From an uncultured archaeon (GTDB lineage Archaea > Aenigmatarchaeota > Aenigmatarchaeia > QMZP01), in NCBI GenBank assembly GCA_964399875.1, contig CAYNRQ010000003.1:1-36623 (forward strand): 36,623 bases of DNA, written 5' to 3'. This document shows, one piece after another, positions 7,974-17,611 of the stretch. Numbering within the stretch: position 1 is the first letter of the stretch; each line of letters starts with the position of its first letter. The position numbers and the translations under genes are program-made. Under the pieces are notes generated by a model that was not told the origin of the DNA, made no database searches, and saw nothing but the letters and a program-made list of their open reading frames with translations.

Positions 7974-9338
7974 TCACACTACAGCTCTTATTTTATCTTC
8001 GATCTCTTTTACCATGTCATTAAATCCTTTACTATATTCCTCTTCCATAAATTTAAGGCTATCGGCTGACTTCTTCCACCTCAATTTCAGGTAAATGTTT
8101 CTCAACATCTTTCTGTTATAAATGAAGTGTTTGATTACCCTTCTTAGATCATGTTTGAATATGTATTTAATCAGGTGCTTGGCCATCCTTCTTTTAGGTT
8201 TTATATCATGTGTCTTTATATAATTATCTATGAATTCCGCGGCCCTTTTGGTCGATTTTCCGTCCACCCTATAATACCATTCCCTGGTGAACATATTCCT
8301 TTTGTTTGTTATCCCATTTGGTATTTTTCCACCTTTTATGTAATGCTTGATCCATTTCAGCAACTCTTTATAGTTCCTTACTATATTGCTTCCTTCAACA
8401 AACTTGGCTAAATCTTTTTCATATTTTTTTATGAAAGACATGGTGATGACAGGTTTATTTAAAAACCATGCTTCTGTTGATGCTGTGGTGTTTGTATGTA
8501 GTAGGATATCTGTATTGTTTAAAACATCCCATAACCATTCCCTCTTGATTATAGTAACATTTTTCAATTTCTCCTTAGCTAATCTTTTAATATAATAATC
8601 AGCACTTCCCCATGGATGAATCTTGATGATAAAATTGGCATTTATTTCTTTTGCTAGTCTAAAAAAGTTATTTGTAGCGAGTTCCCTTATCTCTGATTGT
8701 GTTTTTTTCAGAAACTTCAAGAGTTTTAGTGTTTCAACATGATCCAAGCTTTTATCTGCATGTTTCATATTCATTGATGCAAAAATAAGATTTTCTGCAT
8801 ATAGAATATTCTTTTTGTTTGGATCTAATCTGTATTTTTTACAGAAAGATTTTCTGTTCATCATTATTTTAGATAATGGAAGTTTGTATATATCAAATCT
8901 TGGGCTTCCACAAATTTTAATCTTGTCTTGTTTCATCCCTGTTTTTTTTATAAAAACTTTACCGAAATTTTTACTCCACACTAGATTTAGATCAATAGCC
9001 TCATCATAATTTTCTGTACATCTCTTTTCCTTCGGAGGAAAAAAGCTATCTATTGCGAGTTTATCCAAATATCCGCCTTCTGTCCATAGATTTACAACAT
9101 GTGTGCCCAAAACCTTTGCATATTTTGCCATTGTGGCACCATGAAACTGTATTACCTGACCCAAAACTATTACATGTGGAAGAAATTTGAACATAATAAA
9201 AAAATTATCTGTATTGCCATCTTGCAATTTAACTTTATAGCCTTTTTTTTCTAACAACATCTTCAAATAAGTAAGTCCCAAAGTATCTCTAAATCTGTTA
9301 TGTACATTCAGTAATATACGTTTCTCTTCCATATTCAT
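7974..9338 (-). CDS. glycan polymer biosynthesis protein, possibly TagB/TagF-like glycerophosphotransferase family
   Basis: 454-aa ORF. The ILYAENL and IIKIHPW segments loosely recall the LYAPT and K.HP motifs of CDP-glycerol glycerophosphotransferases. This is a weak call. Confidence 0.3.
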   Translation of the reverse strand: MNMEEKRILLNVHNRFRDTLGLTYLKMLLEKKGYKVKLQDGNTDNFFIMFKFLPHVIVLGQVIQFHGATMAKYAKVLGTHVVNLWTEGGYLDKLAIDSFFPPKEKRCTENYDEAIDLNLVWSKNFGKVFIKKTGMKQDKIKICGSPRFDIYKLPLSKIMMNRKSFCKKYRLDPNKKNILYAENLIFASMNMKHADKSLDHVETLKLLKFLKKTQSEIRELATNNFFRLAKEINANFIIKIHPWGSADYYIKRLAKEKLKNVTIIKREWLWDVLNNTDILLHTNTTASTEAWFLNKPVITMSFIKKYEKDLAKFVEGSNIVRNYKELLKWIKHYIKGGKIPNGITNKRNMFTREWYYRVDGKSTKRAAEFIDNYIKTHDIKPKRRMAKHLIKYIFKHDLRRVIKHFIYNRKMLRNIYLKLRWKKSADSLKFMEEEYSKGFNDMVKEIEDKIRAVV

Positions 9339-9403
9339 TCAATATTTCATAATTAATATAAATATATGCTTATAAGCGAAGATATGTGATCATGTTATTC
9401 GGA

Positions 9404-11059
9404 TTATTCACATGTATATCTATGGTCTTTATTATATACGAGAGTCCCATCTTTCATGTTATAATACTTGCGGAACTTCTTGAACTTATAAAGAAGAATC
9501 CTTATAGCAGAAACAGGGTTTATATTTATCCTGTAAAGTCTTCCAGGAAAACCATATTCCCTTCTTATTTTTTTATTAGTGAAATCTGTGTTCATGTGTT
9601 TATAATAAACACCATTATTGGTGTGGTGCACACCGCCCTGCCTTGCAAAGCTAAGAACGAAATTGCCCTCGAGTTGATGATATCCTACCTCTTTCATGCT
9701 GGACACATCTGTTACAGATTTCTCTGGCATATGCTTGAGTGGTTGTGGAAAAAAGTCTCTTTCAAAAGTACCATCCAATATATTACCTAAGCATCTGAAG
9801 CAGGAGTAATCTGTTCCTACATTGCCTTCATTGGTTATAAAAAAGTAGTCTGTTCCATGGTATGCTTCTTTTCCTATACCCCACCCTCTTCTTCTATTAA
9901 GCATATGTTTTATTGTTGCATCGTCTGCATACTTTGATATAAACATTCTTTCTTTGTTTGTGTAGCTCATAGGATAAAGCTTTCCCTTGTATATTCCATC
10001 AAAGGCCCTTACATGAACTACAAACCCATGCTTATTGAATATATTGAAGTGCTTTTCGAATTTATTCATATGTGGGGGGTACATAACATAAACAACAGGG
10101 CACTCTATACCATGCTTTCTGAGGAAAAGTAATTTCTCCAGGAATTTTTCTATTGTTGTTTCTGTTGGGTGAAATGACGCGTTTATATTGAGCCTTCCTT
10201 CTTTCACTAGCTTTGCTTTTACCAATCTATCAAGTTTCTGAGAAAGATTGCTTGTCATCATCATTCTCCAGTTTGGTTCTGATGCTATCATATCAAGAAG
10301 ATCATAAAAATACTTACCAAGCATTGGTTCACCATAGCTTACATAAAAAACAAGGTGCTGATTGCCGAATGTTCTCTTGAATGCATCTCGCCATTTTTTC
10401 ATAGGGCCTTTGAAACCGCTTATCTTTGGTTTAAGCCTCCAGTCACTACAATAAGGACATCTATAATTACAGGGTGCAGCACATCCATCATAACCAAAAA
10501 GTATTGTGGTGTATTCTCTTGGGACGGTATCCATTAGAACTTCTGAGATAAGCCTGTACCCTTTTTTGTTTGGGTGTATGCTGTCTGACAGTCCACGCCA
10601 TATAGGTCTTATCTTTTTCCTCCATACAGCATTCACATCCGCGAGCTTTAATCCCCTTTCCTTTGCAATATTTCTTATTATTTTGTTATATTCATCTACC
10701 CTCGGATCTGTGCCCTTGAAGATACCATGATATGATGGTATTATGGACATCAGGACAACCCTTATCTTTTCTTTTTCAAGTGTATCAATGATTTTTATTA
10801 TATTTTTTCTGAAAGCCTTTTTATTCACACCCTTTCTCCAGTCATTCATACCAAAACCAATCAGAACGACTTTTGGTTTGTAGTTTAAGATGTTTTTTAA
10901 TCTCAAAAGGCCATCAGAAGAAGTCTCTCCACCAACCCCCGCATTCACAACAGTTATCTTTTTTTCTTTATACCTATTTCTAAGCTCTTTCTCGAATGTT
11001 TCGGTACATCCCTTAACTATGGAATCACCAAACATCACCAAATTAAATGGGTTTTCCAT
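9404..11059 (-). CDS. fusion protein: N-terminal SGNH/GDSL hydrolase domain plus C-terminal radical SAM domain
   Basis: SGNH blocks are present: FGDS, GVGGET, GMND, DSIHP. The radical SAM CX3CX2C motif CNYRCPYC has its Cys codons at 10469-10471, 10457-10459 and 10448-10450. I prefer the ATG at 11057-11059 (MENPF...) over the in-frame GTG at 11068. Confidence 0.75.
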   Translation of the reverse strand: MENPFNLVMFGDSIVKGCTETFEKELRNRYKEKKITVVNAGVGGETSSDGLLRLKNILNYKPKVVLIGFGMNDWRKGVNKKAFRKNIIKIIDTLEKEKIRVVLMSIIPSYHGIFKGTDPRVDEYNKIIRNIAKERGLKLADVNAVWRKKIRPIWRGLSDSIHPNKKGYRLISEVLMDTVPREYTTILFGYDGCAAPCNYRCPYCSDWRLKPKISGFKGPMKKWRDAFKRTFGNQHLVFYVSYGEPMLGKYFYDLLDMIASEPNWRMMMTSNLSQKLDRLVKAKLVKEGRLNINASFHPTETTIEKFLEKLLFLRKHGIECPVVYVMYPPHMNKFEKHFNIFNKHGFVVHVRAFDGIYKGKLYPMSYTNKERMFISKYADDATIKHMLNRRRGWGIGKEAYHGTDYFFITNEGNVGTDYSCFRCLGNILDGTFERDFFPQPLKHMPEKSVTDVSSMKEVGYHQLEGNFVLSFARQGGVHHTNNGVYYKHMNTDFTNKKIRREYGFPGRLYRININPVSAIRILLYKFKKFRKYYNMKDGTLVYNKDHRYTCE

Positions 11060-11060
11060 G

Positions 11061-12395
11061 TCAACCACTCAGGGTATTTATTAACTTTAATATTTTTAAA
11101 TAAAATGGCAATCCTGCCATACTTACTTTGTATTTTCTGAGTATTTTGTAAAAGATTAAAAGGGGGATTAAAGGTGATGTCTTAAATGTCATTACAAGAC
11201 CTTCCCTGAATAGCTGGTTTTTAGTGGGTTTGTTATTCAGAAGTTTGTGCATTAATTTTGCGCTTCCTGCAGATTTCTCAGATATTGTGGGTATTTTATT
11301 TTTCAGTTTATTTCTTATCTTTGCCTTGTTTTTCATTAGTTTTTCTATCTTTTTCAATAAAACATCTTTCTTAAAATCAGCCATCTTTATGATATACTCA
11401 TCCTGGTCTATCAGTTTCATAAACGCATCCACTTTTGGGTCATAACTTATAGCTATCATAGGAATGTTCAGAATAGCTGCAAAAACCAATGAATGGAGTC
11501 TCATACCTATAATAAAATCAAAACTGCCCATTCTTTTTATAAGGTCATGGTATGTGCATTCCTTGTTTATTATCTCTGTGTTTTGTGGACCAGTTATATT
11601 TATTATATCCTCGAGTACACCCACATCATAGTCTCCGCCTTTTTTTAAAAAACTAAGAGGGAAAAGCACAATCTTCCTTTCTTTTTTTATTTGATCTATA
11701 ACATCAGATATCGTTCTCTTGAAACCAGTAAAGCTTGAATGTGATCCGCCGAATTCTTCACTGAACTTTTTATTCTTCTTTGACATGTATTCTTCTTTGT
11801 ATGTCCAGTGCCTTAGATTTATACCAATCGTGTTAGAATGATGTTCTAGATTGAATCTGGAATGTAGAGTAAAAACAGAATCAGCGCCTATGTAGACATC
11901 ATTTTTTATACCCAATGCCCTGAGTTTATTTTCAGATTCCTTGTCCCTTAGTGTTATAAGGTCTATCTTACTGCATACATTTCTCATGTAATACTTGGTC
12001 ATGCTGTTGTATATCAGGCCAACACCACCATTAAAATACATGACTGGGGTTCCTATTAGTTTAGACATTATCACATTGTTTAACCATATAATCTGATTGC
12101 CTCCCAATCCGCTATCAAACAGAAGGGTTCCACCACCCAATATGAACAAATCTGCCCTGTATATCTCTTTTAGGCGCTTGAAAAAAGATTTTATTCCTCT
12201 TCTTTGGATGGATTTAACACCGTGTTCTAGGGATGTTGCTTTTGGGTTGTCAGAAAATACTGTTATCTCTATATCAGGTTCCAGTTTCTTTATTAGATAT
12301 ATGGCTGCTGCTAACTGGGCCTCATCACCCAGGTTCCTTTCTCCATACCAACCTGAGATTACTACTCTTTTGGGGTGTTTTTGTGTTCTGTTCAT
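11061..12395 (-). CDS. polysaccharide pyruvyl transferase family protein (CsaB/WcaK-like)
   Basis: 444-aa ORF. The N-terminus VVISGWYGERNLGDEAQL and the later ILGGGTLL are typical of the PS_pyruv_trans family. Confidence 0.65.
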   Translation of the reverse strand: MNRTQKHPKRVVISGWYGERNLGDEAQLAAAIYLIKKLEPDIEITVFSDNPKATSLEHGVKSIQRRGIKSFFKRLKEIYRADLFILGGGTLLFDSGLGGNQIIWLNNVIMSKLIGTPVMYFNGGVGLIYNSMTKYYMRNVCSKIDLITLRDKESENKLRALGIKNDVYIGADSVFTLHSRFNLEHHSNTIGINLRHWTYKEEYMSKKNKKFSEEFGGSHSSFTGFKRTISDVIDQIKKERKIVLFPLSFLKKGGDYDVGVLEDIINITGPQNTEIINKECTYHDLIKRMGSFDFIIGMRLHSLVFAAILNIPMIAISYDPKVDAFMKLIDQDEYIIKMADFKKDVLLKKIEKLMKNKAKIRNKLKNKIPTISEKSAGSAKLMHKLLNNKPTKNQLFREGLVMTFKTSPLIPLLIFYKILRKYKVSMAGLPFYLKILKLINTLSG

Positions 12396-12447
12396 ATCGA
12401 TCTCGATATCTATTATATGCCTGATAATATTTTAAATATATACCACT

Positions 12448-12455
12448 TTTATAAA
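12448..12455 (+). promoter_or_regulatory. archaeal TATA-box candidate (TTTATAAA) for the 12479 gene; geometry implies a leaderless mRNA
   Basis: The TTTATAAA centre lies ~27 nt upstream of the ATG at 12479, matching the usual archaeal TATA-to-start spacing. A second AT box, TTTAAATATATA (12431-12442), could serve the divergent gene. Confidence 0.35.
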
Positions 12456-12478
12456 TTGAAGGTGTGAGGTTGCATAGT

Positions 12479-13558
12479 ATGAGACTTTCCATGCTAAACT
12501 TATCTGATAAAAAGGAAGTGAGAGATTTTATAAGGTTTAATAAGAGGGTTTTTCCTGTTAGAAAGAATGTTGAGAAGCGTTTCTTTTGGCAGTACATTGA
12601 TAATCCATTTCTAAAAAGTAAGAAAAATCCTTATGTTCTGCTTTATTGTGATGATAAAGGCAGGTTGATAGGCCAATCTCTGCTTAATCCAGTCACATGG
12701 TGGTTTAGGGGGAAAAAGTATCAGGGTAACTTTGGTTGTGATTATTATGTTTTGGAAGAGAGTAGAGGAGCGAGCGGGGCGGCTTTGGCTTTCAAAACTA
12801 TCAAAGATAAAAAAGATTATTTTGCAATCGGTGTTTCAGAGGTTGCTCAGAAGATATGGAAATCCCTAGGTGTAAAAATTGTTGGAAGATTGAATCTTTT
12901 TGTTTGGTTCAAGAATCCATTTGTTCCTTTAAGGCTTTTCAAAAAAATACTATTCAAATCGAAAAAGGATCGCGGAAAATGCATAAAATTGCCTGAAAAA
13001 ATAAAGGTTAATGGCACAGAATTCAGGCTTATGGATAAAATAGACGAGTGGAAAGAGTATTACTGGAAAAACACGTTGCAATTTTCACGTTCCCTGGAGT
13101 TTTTGAAATGGAGATTTTTTGATTCGCCGAATAGGTATTGTTTTTATTTGGCTGAATCCAAGCCCAGGATGTATTTTGTTTTAAGGAAGTGTTTTCTTAG
13201 GGGAATGGAGATGCTGCTATTGGTTGATTACATGGTTCCTCATAAGAACTCCAAATTATTTGAAACAATACTCCGGGCTTCCAAGATGCTTGCCAGAAAA
13301 ATAAAATGTTATGGTATTATTGCAGGGAGTTCCCATGTGTTTTTTGACACTGAGCTGAAGAAGAGCAGTTTCGTTAATCTGAAAAGAGGTGGTGTTATAA
13401 TGACTAATACAGAAAGGGTTAATCTGGACGGTGCTTTAAAGGATAGGGATATCATATATGCAACATCAGCTGATTCTGATTATGATCTAAATTTTGAAGA
13501 GAGTGTTGAGGTAATAATGAATCAGCTTAGAAATAAAATAACACTAAAAAGAGGTTAG
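12479..13558 (+). CDS. hypothetical protein, possibly a GNAT/FemAB-like acyltransferase
   Basis: Intact ORF. The first ATG at 12479 is chosen over the GTG at 12464. The context (next to a deacetylase) and the segment GCDYYVLEESRGASGAALAFK are only suggestive. Confidence 0.3.
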   Translation: MRLSMLNLSDKKEVRDFIRFNKRVFPVRKNVEKRFFWQYIDNPFLKSKKNPYVLLYCDDKGRLIGQSLLNPVTWWFRGKKYQGNFGCDYYVLEESRGASGAALAFKTIKDKKDYFAIGVSEVAQKIWKSLGVKIVGRLNLFVWFKNPFVPLRLFKKILFKSKKDRGKCIKLPEKIKVNGTEFRLMDKIDEWKEYYWKNTLQFSRSLEFLKWRFFDSPNRYCFYLAESKPRMYFVLRKCFLRGMEMLLLVDYMVPHKNSKLFETILRASKMLARKIKCYGIIAGSSHVFFDTELKKSSFVNLKRGGVIMTNTERVNLDGALKDRDIIYATSADSDYDLNFEESVEVIMNQLRNKITLKRG

Positions 13559-13559
13559 A

Positions 13560-14408
13560 ATGAAAATCGGGTTTGCTTTGCTGGCTGAACGCTTATTGTG
13601 TGGGTTTATTTACTACACTGGTCTTTTTTCATTATACAAAATGTGCAGAGGCTCTAACAAAACTATAATTTTAACTTATCATAGGATTATATCAGATGAA
13701 AGCAAAAGAAGTTCTCAAATATTGTCAAAAAAGAATTTTGAAGAGCATGTAAGATATCTTGTTAAAAACTATAAAATAATATCCTTGGCTGAATTTGCAA
13801 AATGTGTTACTTCAAAGAAAAATCCACCTGAGAATTCTGTTGTTATAACCTTTGATGATGGGTATAAAGACAATTTCACTAATGCTTATCCTGTGTTAAA
13901 AAAATACAATGCACATGCAACAATTTTTTTAATAACAGGGCTTATTGGCTCTAAAGGATTCTTGACATGGGATGAAATAAAGAAAATGGTAGGTGTTGTT
14001 GATTTTGGTGCACACACCGTTGAACATCATATATTGACAAGCATGCCTCTTGGTAAGGCGAAACAAGAAATTATAAAATCCAAGAGAGGGATTGAAAAGA
14101 AGACGGGCAAGAGCGTAACTGCCTTTAGTTATCCGCGTGGTGGTTGGGGTGATTTTAATAAGGATATTAAAAAATTAGTCAGGGATGCTGGATTTTCATG
14201 TGCTGTTACAACCATAAATGGCGATAATAATAAAGAAAGTGACCTCTATGAGCTTAGAAGGATAGGCATGTCGCATGAGAATAGTATTATTGTTTTTAAG
14301 GTTAAGTCAAGTGGTATGCTTAACTCTTTGCTAAGGAGATTCAAAAGAAGGGCCAAGTTATCTGTTTCTGGTCATGCCGAGACTAAACTTTTTAAATATC
14401 CATATTAA
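13560..14408 (+). CDS. polysaccharide deacetylase (NodB homology domain, CE4)
   Basis: Shows the NodB motifs ITFDDGYKDN, ATIFLITG, LTWDEIKKM and FGAHTVEHHIL. Confidence 0.8.
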   Translation: MKIGFALLAERLLCGFIYYTGLFSLYKMCRGSNKTIILTYHRIISDESKRSSQILSKKNFEEHVRYLVKNYKIISLAEFAKCVTSKKNPPENSVVITFDDGYKDNFTNAYPVLKKYNAHATIFLITGLIGSKGFLTWDEIKKMVGVVDFGAHTVEHHILTSMPLGKAKQEIIKSKRGIEKKTGKSVTAFSYPRGGWGDFNKDIKKLVRDAGFSCAVTTINGDNNKESDLYELRRIGMSHENSIIVFKVKSSGMLNSLLRRFKRRAKLSVSGHAETKLFKYPY

Positions 14409-14419
14409 TCCTTCTAATC

Positions 14420-15457
14420 ATGATTGGCATATTGACGATGGCTGATATGCAGAGAAGGGATGGAAGCTCTATAAGACCTGATCTTGAAGCCCAAGGATTG
14501 CTGAAAAACGGGTTCAGGGACTTCAAGGTATTCAGCCCCAACCCTAGGAAAGACGCCCCATACAAGCAGGAAAAGGTTTCTGTAAAAAAGATGAGGGGTC
14601 GTGTTTTGCCTTTTGTTAGGAAAAGATTAGGTGTTGATATTGTTCATGCACATCAATTAAGTGCGATGATATTAAAACAGAGATTTATAACAGATATGCA
14701 TGGATTCGGAATAAAGGAGAAAGAGCAGATTAGATATAACCCTGTAAAGGGCTTTTTTCTACCAAGAATTGCAAAGAGAATAGAAATCAGAACAATAAAA
14801 GATGCGGAAAAATTAATCGTTGCATCAAACTCCATAAAAGAAGACATTCTTGAGTATTTTAATGATTTGAATCTGGATATAACTGTAGTTAATAATATGA
14901 TAAAACCTGAAGATTACAAAAAAACAAAACAAAAGGAATTGGTTGTTGGGATTGTAGGAGGTTTTACAAATGACTGGGGTGTTGAAAATCTTAAGATGCT
15001 TTATGAGATGCTGAAGATTGGATGTGATTTTCCTATAAAAACAGTTGGTGATATAACAGATGGCCAGATGAGAATGTTCGAGGAATTCCCAAACTTGAAA
15101 CACCTTGGGAGGGTGAGTAATAAGGAATATATGGAGTTCTTGCGAAGTATATCTGTTCTTCTTTTGCCATTTCCACCGCAGTGTGGCGGTGGTGGGTCAA
15201 AAAACAAACTTCTTGAGGCGGCTGCAAGCTCTATTCCGATTGTTTCAACACCAGCAGGAGCAATTGGTTTTGATGAAAAGGATCTGATACTTATAGGGAA
15301 AACAGCAAAAAGCCTTATTAAAAGGATAAAAGAACTTGAGAATAAAAGCAGGAGGTCGCAAATGGGCAGAAAACTTAGGGAAACCATAGAGAAAAACTAT
15401 AATTACAAGACAGAAGCGAAAAAACTGATAAAGATATATTCAGCTCTGGATTACTGA
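14420..15457 (+). CDS. glycosyltransferase, GT4/GT-B fold
   Basis: 345-aa ORF. The C-terminal GGGGSKNKLLEAAASSIPIVSTPAG matches the E-x7-E region of GT4 enzymes. Confidence 0.65.
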   Translation: MIGILTMADMQRRDGSSIRPDLEAQGLLKNGFRDFKVFSPNPRKDAPYKQEKVSVKKMRGRVLPFVRKRLGVDIVHAHQLSAMILKQRFITDMHGFGIKEKEQIRYNPVKGFFLPRIAKRIEIRTIKDAEKLIVASNSIKEDILEYFNDLNLDITVVNNMIKPEDYKKTKQKELVVGIVGGFTNDWGVENLKMLYEMLKIGCDFPIKTVGDITDGQMRMFEEFPNLKHLGRVSNKEYMEFLRSISVLLLPFPPQCGGGGSKNKLLEAAASSIPIVSTPAGAIGFDEKDLILIGKTAKSLIKRIKELENKSRRSQMGRKLRETIEKNYNYKTEAKKLIKIYSALDY

Positions 15458-16582
15458 ATTGTATTCTCTTATGTATTTTTTGATTACAGTGTCCCAGCTC
15501 ATTTTTTCTTTTATTTCCATTTTTGCATTCTTTCCCAGATTGTTGTGTTTTTTAAGATCATTGCAGACCTGCATCATTTTTTCATACAGATCCTGTGTAT
15601 TTTTGGGCTTTATTCTTATTCCTGTTTTCCCGTCCTCTATATAATTTAATGATGTTATAATTATTTTTCCAGAAGCCATGGCCTCTAATAATGCAATGGG
15701 CTGACCTTTTTCCCAGGAAGGCAGGACAAAAACATCTGTTTCTGATAATATTTTGGCTGTGTCCTCTATCCATCCCAGAAACTTTATTCTTTTTTTAAGA
15801 TCGTTTTTTTTAATAAAATCAAGAATATATTTTTTTAAGGAACCTTCTCCTGCTACATATAATTTTGTGTCTTTTACATTATCTGAGATTTTTTTAAATG
15901 CTTGAAGCAAGTATTTTATTCCTTTAATTTCTTCTAATCTTCCCAAGAATAAGAATCTTATTTCCTTCCAATTCCTCTTTGTTTTGATCTTGAAATCGTC
16001 CGGGTCAATGGCGTTTGTTAGAAGTGCTGATTTGCTTTTCAGCTCTTTATTTCTTTTTATATCAGAATCATATGCGGGCTTGCTTATGAATATAATTTTT
16101 TTTGCACTTTTATAAGAAGTGTTAACAAATCTTTCTAGAATCTTTCTTATCACTATATTCCATCCTATGATTTTTCCTGGCCCATGTGTTGTGAAAACCA
16201 TGGGTATTTTTGTTTTTTTTGAAAGTCTGGATCCAAAGAAACCGGCAACAGGTCCGTGACAATGGATAATATCTATTTTGTTTTCTTTTATTATCCTATT
16301 GGCCTCCTTTGAGCTGAGAGCGTTAAATGTGAATGTTCTTAAGAACTTGTTATACATGAATTTTGTCCTGTATACATGTATTTTGCTTTTCCCTGTTTTT
16401 TTTGTTTCCTGTTTTTTCTGGCCAGGAAATTTCCTTGTTATAATAAAAACCTCATGGCCTTCTCTTGCAAGATATTTGCTTAACTTCTCTACATGAACTT
16501 CTATACCCCCACCTGCTTTTTTATCATACTTATAGCTGCTTCCGAACGGATACTCCTTTGAGCCCAATAGTAATATTTTCAT
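15440..16582 (-). CDS. glycosyltransferase family 4
   Basis: 380-aa ORF with N-terminal GGIEVHVEKLSKYLAREGHEV, and PSWEKGQPIALLEAMASGKIIITS as the E-x7-E motif. It converges on, and overlaps by 18 nt, the previous GT gene. Confidence 0.8.
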   Translation of the reverse strand: MKILLLGSKEYPFGSSYKYDKKAGGGIEVHVEKLSKYLAREGHEVFIITRKFPGQKKQETKKTGKSKIHVYRTKFMYNKFLRTFTFNALSSKEANRIIKENKIDIIHCHGPVAGFFGSRLSKKTKIPMVFTTHGPGKIIGWNIVIRKILERFVNTSYKSAKKIIFISKPAYDSDIKRNKELKSKSALLTNAIDPDDFKIKTKRNWKEIRFLFLGRLEEIKGIKYLLQAFKKISDNVKDTKLYVAGEGSLKKYILDFIKKNDLKKRIKFLGWIEDTAKILSETDVFVLPSWEKGQPIALLEAMASGKIIITSLNYIEDGKTGIRIKPKNTQDLYEKMMQVCNDLKKHNNLGKNAKMEIKEKMSWDTVIKKYIREYNSVIQS

Positions 16583-16618
16583 ATAAATTCTCTTGGGAAA
16601 AGCTATTTATATAGACTG

Positions 16619-16942
16619 TTATCCGTATTCTCTCCATGAATATTTGCATTTGGTGCATCGCAGAAACAGGGTTGGTGCTTCATCTGCAGATCTTGTCTGT
16701 TGAATCCACCAAACAGCTTCTTTATTGCCGCATTTCGGGCATACAACCTTTGTTTTGGGCAATGCCTCTTCGTTTTTTTCTATTATGATAACATCATCCA
16801 GGGGGGTTTTACTAATATTTTCACTTATCTCTAAAGGTTTATAATGTGTTTTTCTAAATCCGCATCTTTTACAAACCAAACAGGCCTTGCTTTTTTCCTT
16901 TTTTGTTACCATCACTGAGCCGCATTTTTCACAGAAGTTCAT
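16619..16942 (-). CDS. tfs: transcription factor S (TFS / RpoM-like cleavage factor)
   Basis: Starts at MNFCEKCGS (ATG 16940-16942). It has two zinc ribbons (CEKCG...CKRCG and CPKCG...CTKC) and the QTRSADEAPT acidic loop. The track ORF is trimmed by 38 codons. The ATG overlaps the upstream stop as ATGA. Confidence 0.85.
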   Translation of the reverse strand: MNFCEKCGSVMVTKKEKSKACLVCKRCGFRKTHYKPLEISENISKTPLDDVIIIEKNEEALPKTKVVCPKCGNKEAVWWIQQTRSADEAPTLFLRCTKCKYSWREYG

Positions 16943-17535
16943 TCTAAACACCCCACAATGAGAACTGATTGAAAATTTATTTGTTTTTGTGCTTTTATAT
17001 GTTTCGGTATCCAGATAATCCCTATATATAGAACAACAACCGCTAATAGTATCCATAATGCATTTGGAATGATATATTCTGTTATACCTATTTTAACCCA
17101 TCCCAGATGAGGTATTATCATTATTTCCTTTCCATGTATCTGGGCTGGTTCTATTCTTTTTTCAAAATCCAATTGGTTGTGATTTGCATCCCCCTTTGTC
17201 TGGAATGTTCCATCAGGATTTATTTCTATGATTCTATGAACCACAGGTGTCCCTCCAAGAGAATATGTTATTTTACCTGTTTCGGGATTTACTGTTTTTT
17301 GTATGTTTGGTGAAAAAACTATTATATCCCCAACCTTTAATTCTTCTGGCGGCACACCTTTTAGTAGCAGCATGTCCCCTTTATAGAAGGTTGGTATCAT
17401 TGAATCTGATTCGACAGCCACAACAGGCATGTCTGTTGATAATGCTAAAGCCATGCCCTGGTTTATACCAAAAGCTAGTATTATGCCTATTATTATGTAG
17501 AATAAGGTTGAATCGAATATCTTTGGTTTTTTCAT
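16939..17535 (-). CDS. archaeal/Sec11-type signal peptidase I
   Basis: N-terminal TM segment, catalytic-Ser box ESDSMIPTF, VVHRI His box, GDAN box and a C-terminal TM segment. Confidence 0.8.
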   Translation of the reverse strand: MKKPKIFDSTLFYIIIGIILAFGINQGMALALSTDMPVVAVESDSMIPTFYKGDMLLLKGVPPEELKVGDIIVFSPNIQKTVNPETGKITYSLGGTPVVHRIIEINPDGTFQTKGDANHNQLDFEKRIEPAQIHGKEIMIIPHLGWVKIGITEYIIPNALWILLAVVVLYIGIIWIPKHIKAQKQINFQSVLIVGCLE

Positions 17536-17611
17536 ATATATCTCCTGAGATGGCGGATTAAATATTATACAGTAGATTTATAAATTGGTTTTTCGGCAGG
17601 CTGCGCTTTGA

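Noticed and set aside
12325-12597. 90-aa minus-strand ORF spanning the divergent promoter region
   Set aside because: It crosses the AT-rich promoter, overlaps the starts of both flanking genes and has no recognisable features.
16943-17056. 38-codon upstream extension of the TFS ORF
   Set aside because: It overlaps the C-terminus of the signal peptidase gene. TFS proteins start with the MxFCxxCG zinc ribbon, which begins at the ATG at 16940-16942.
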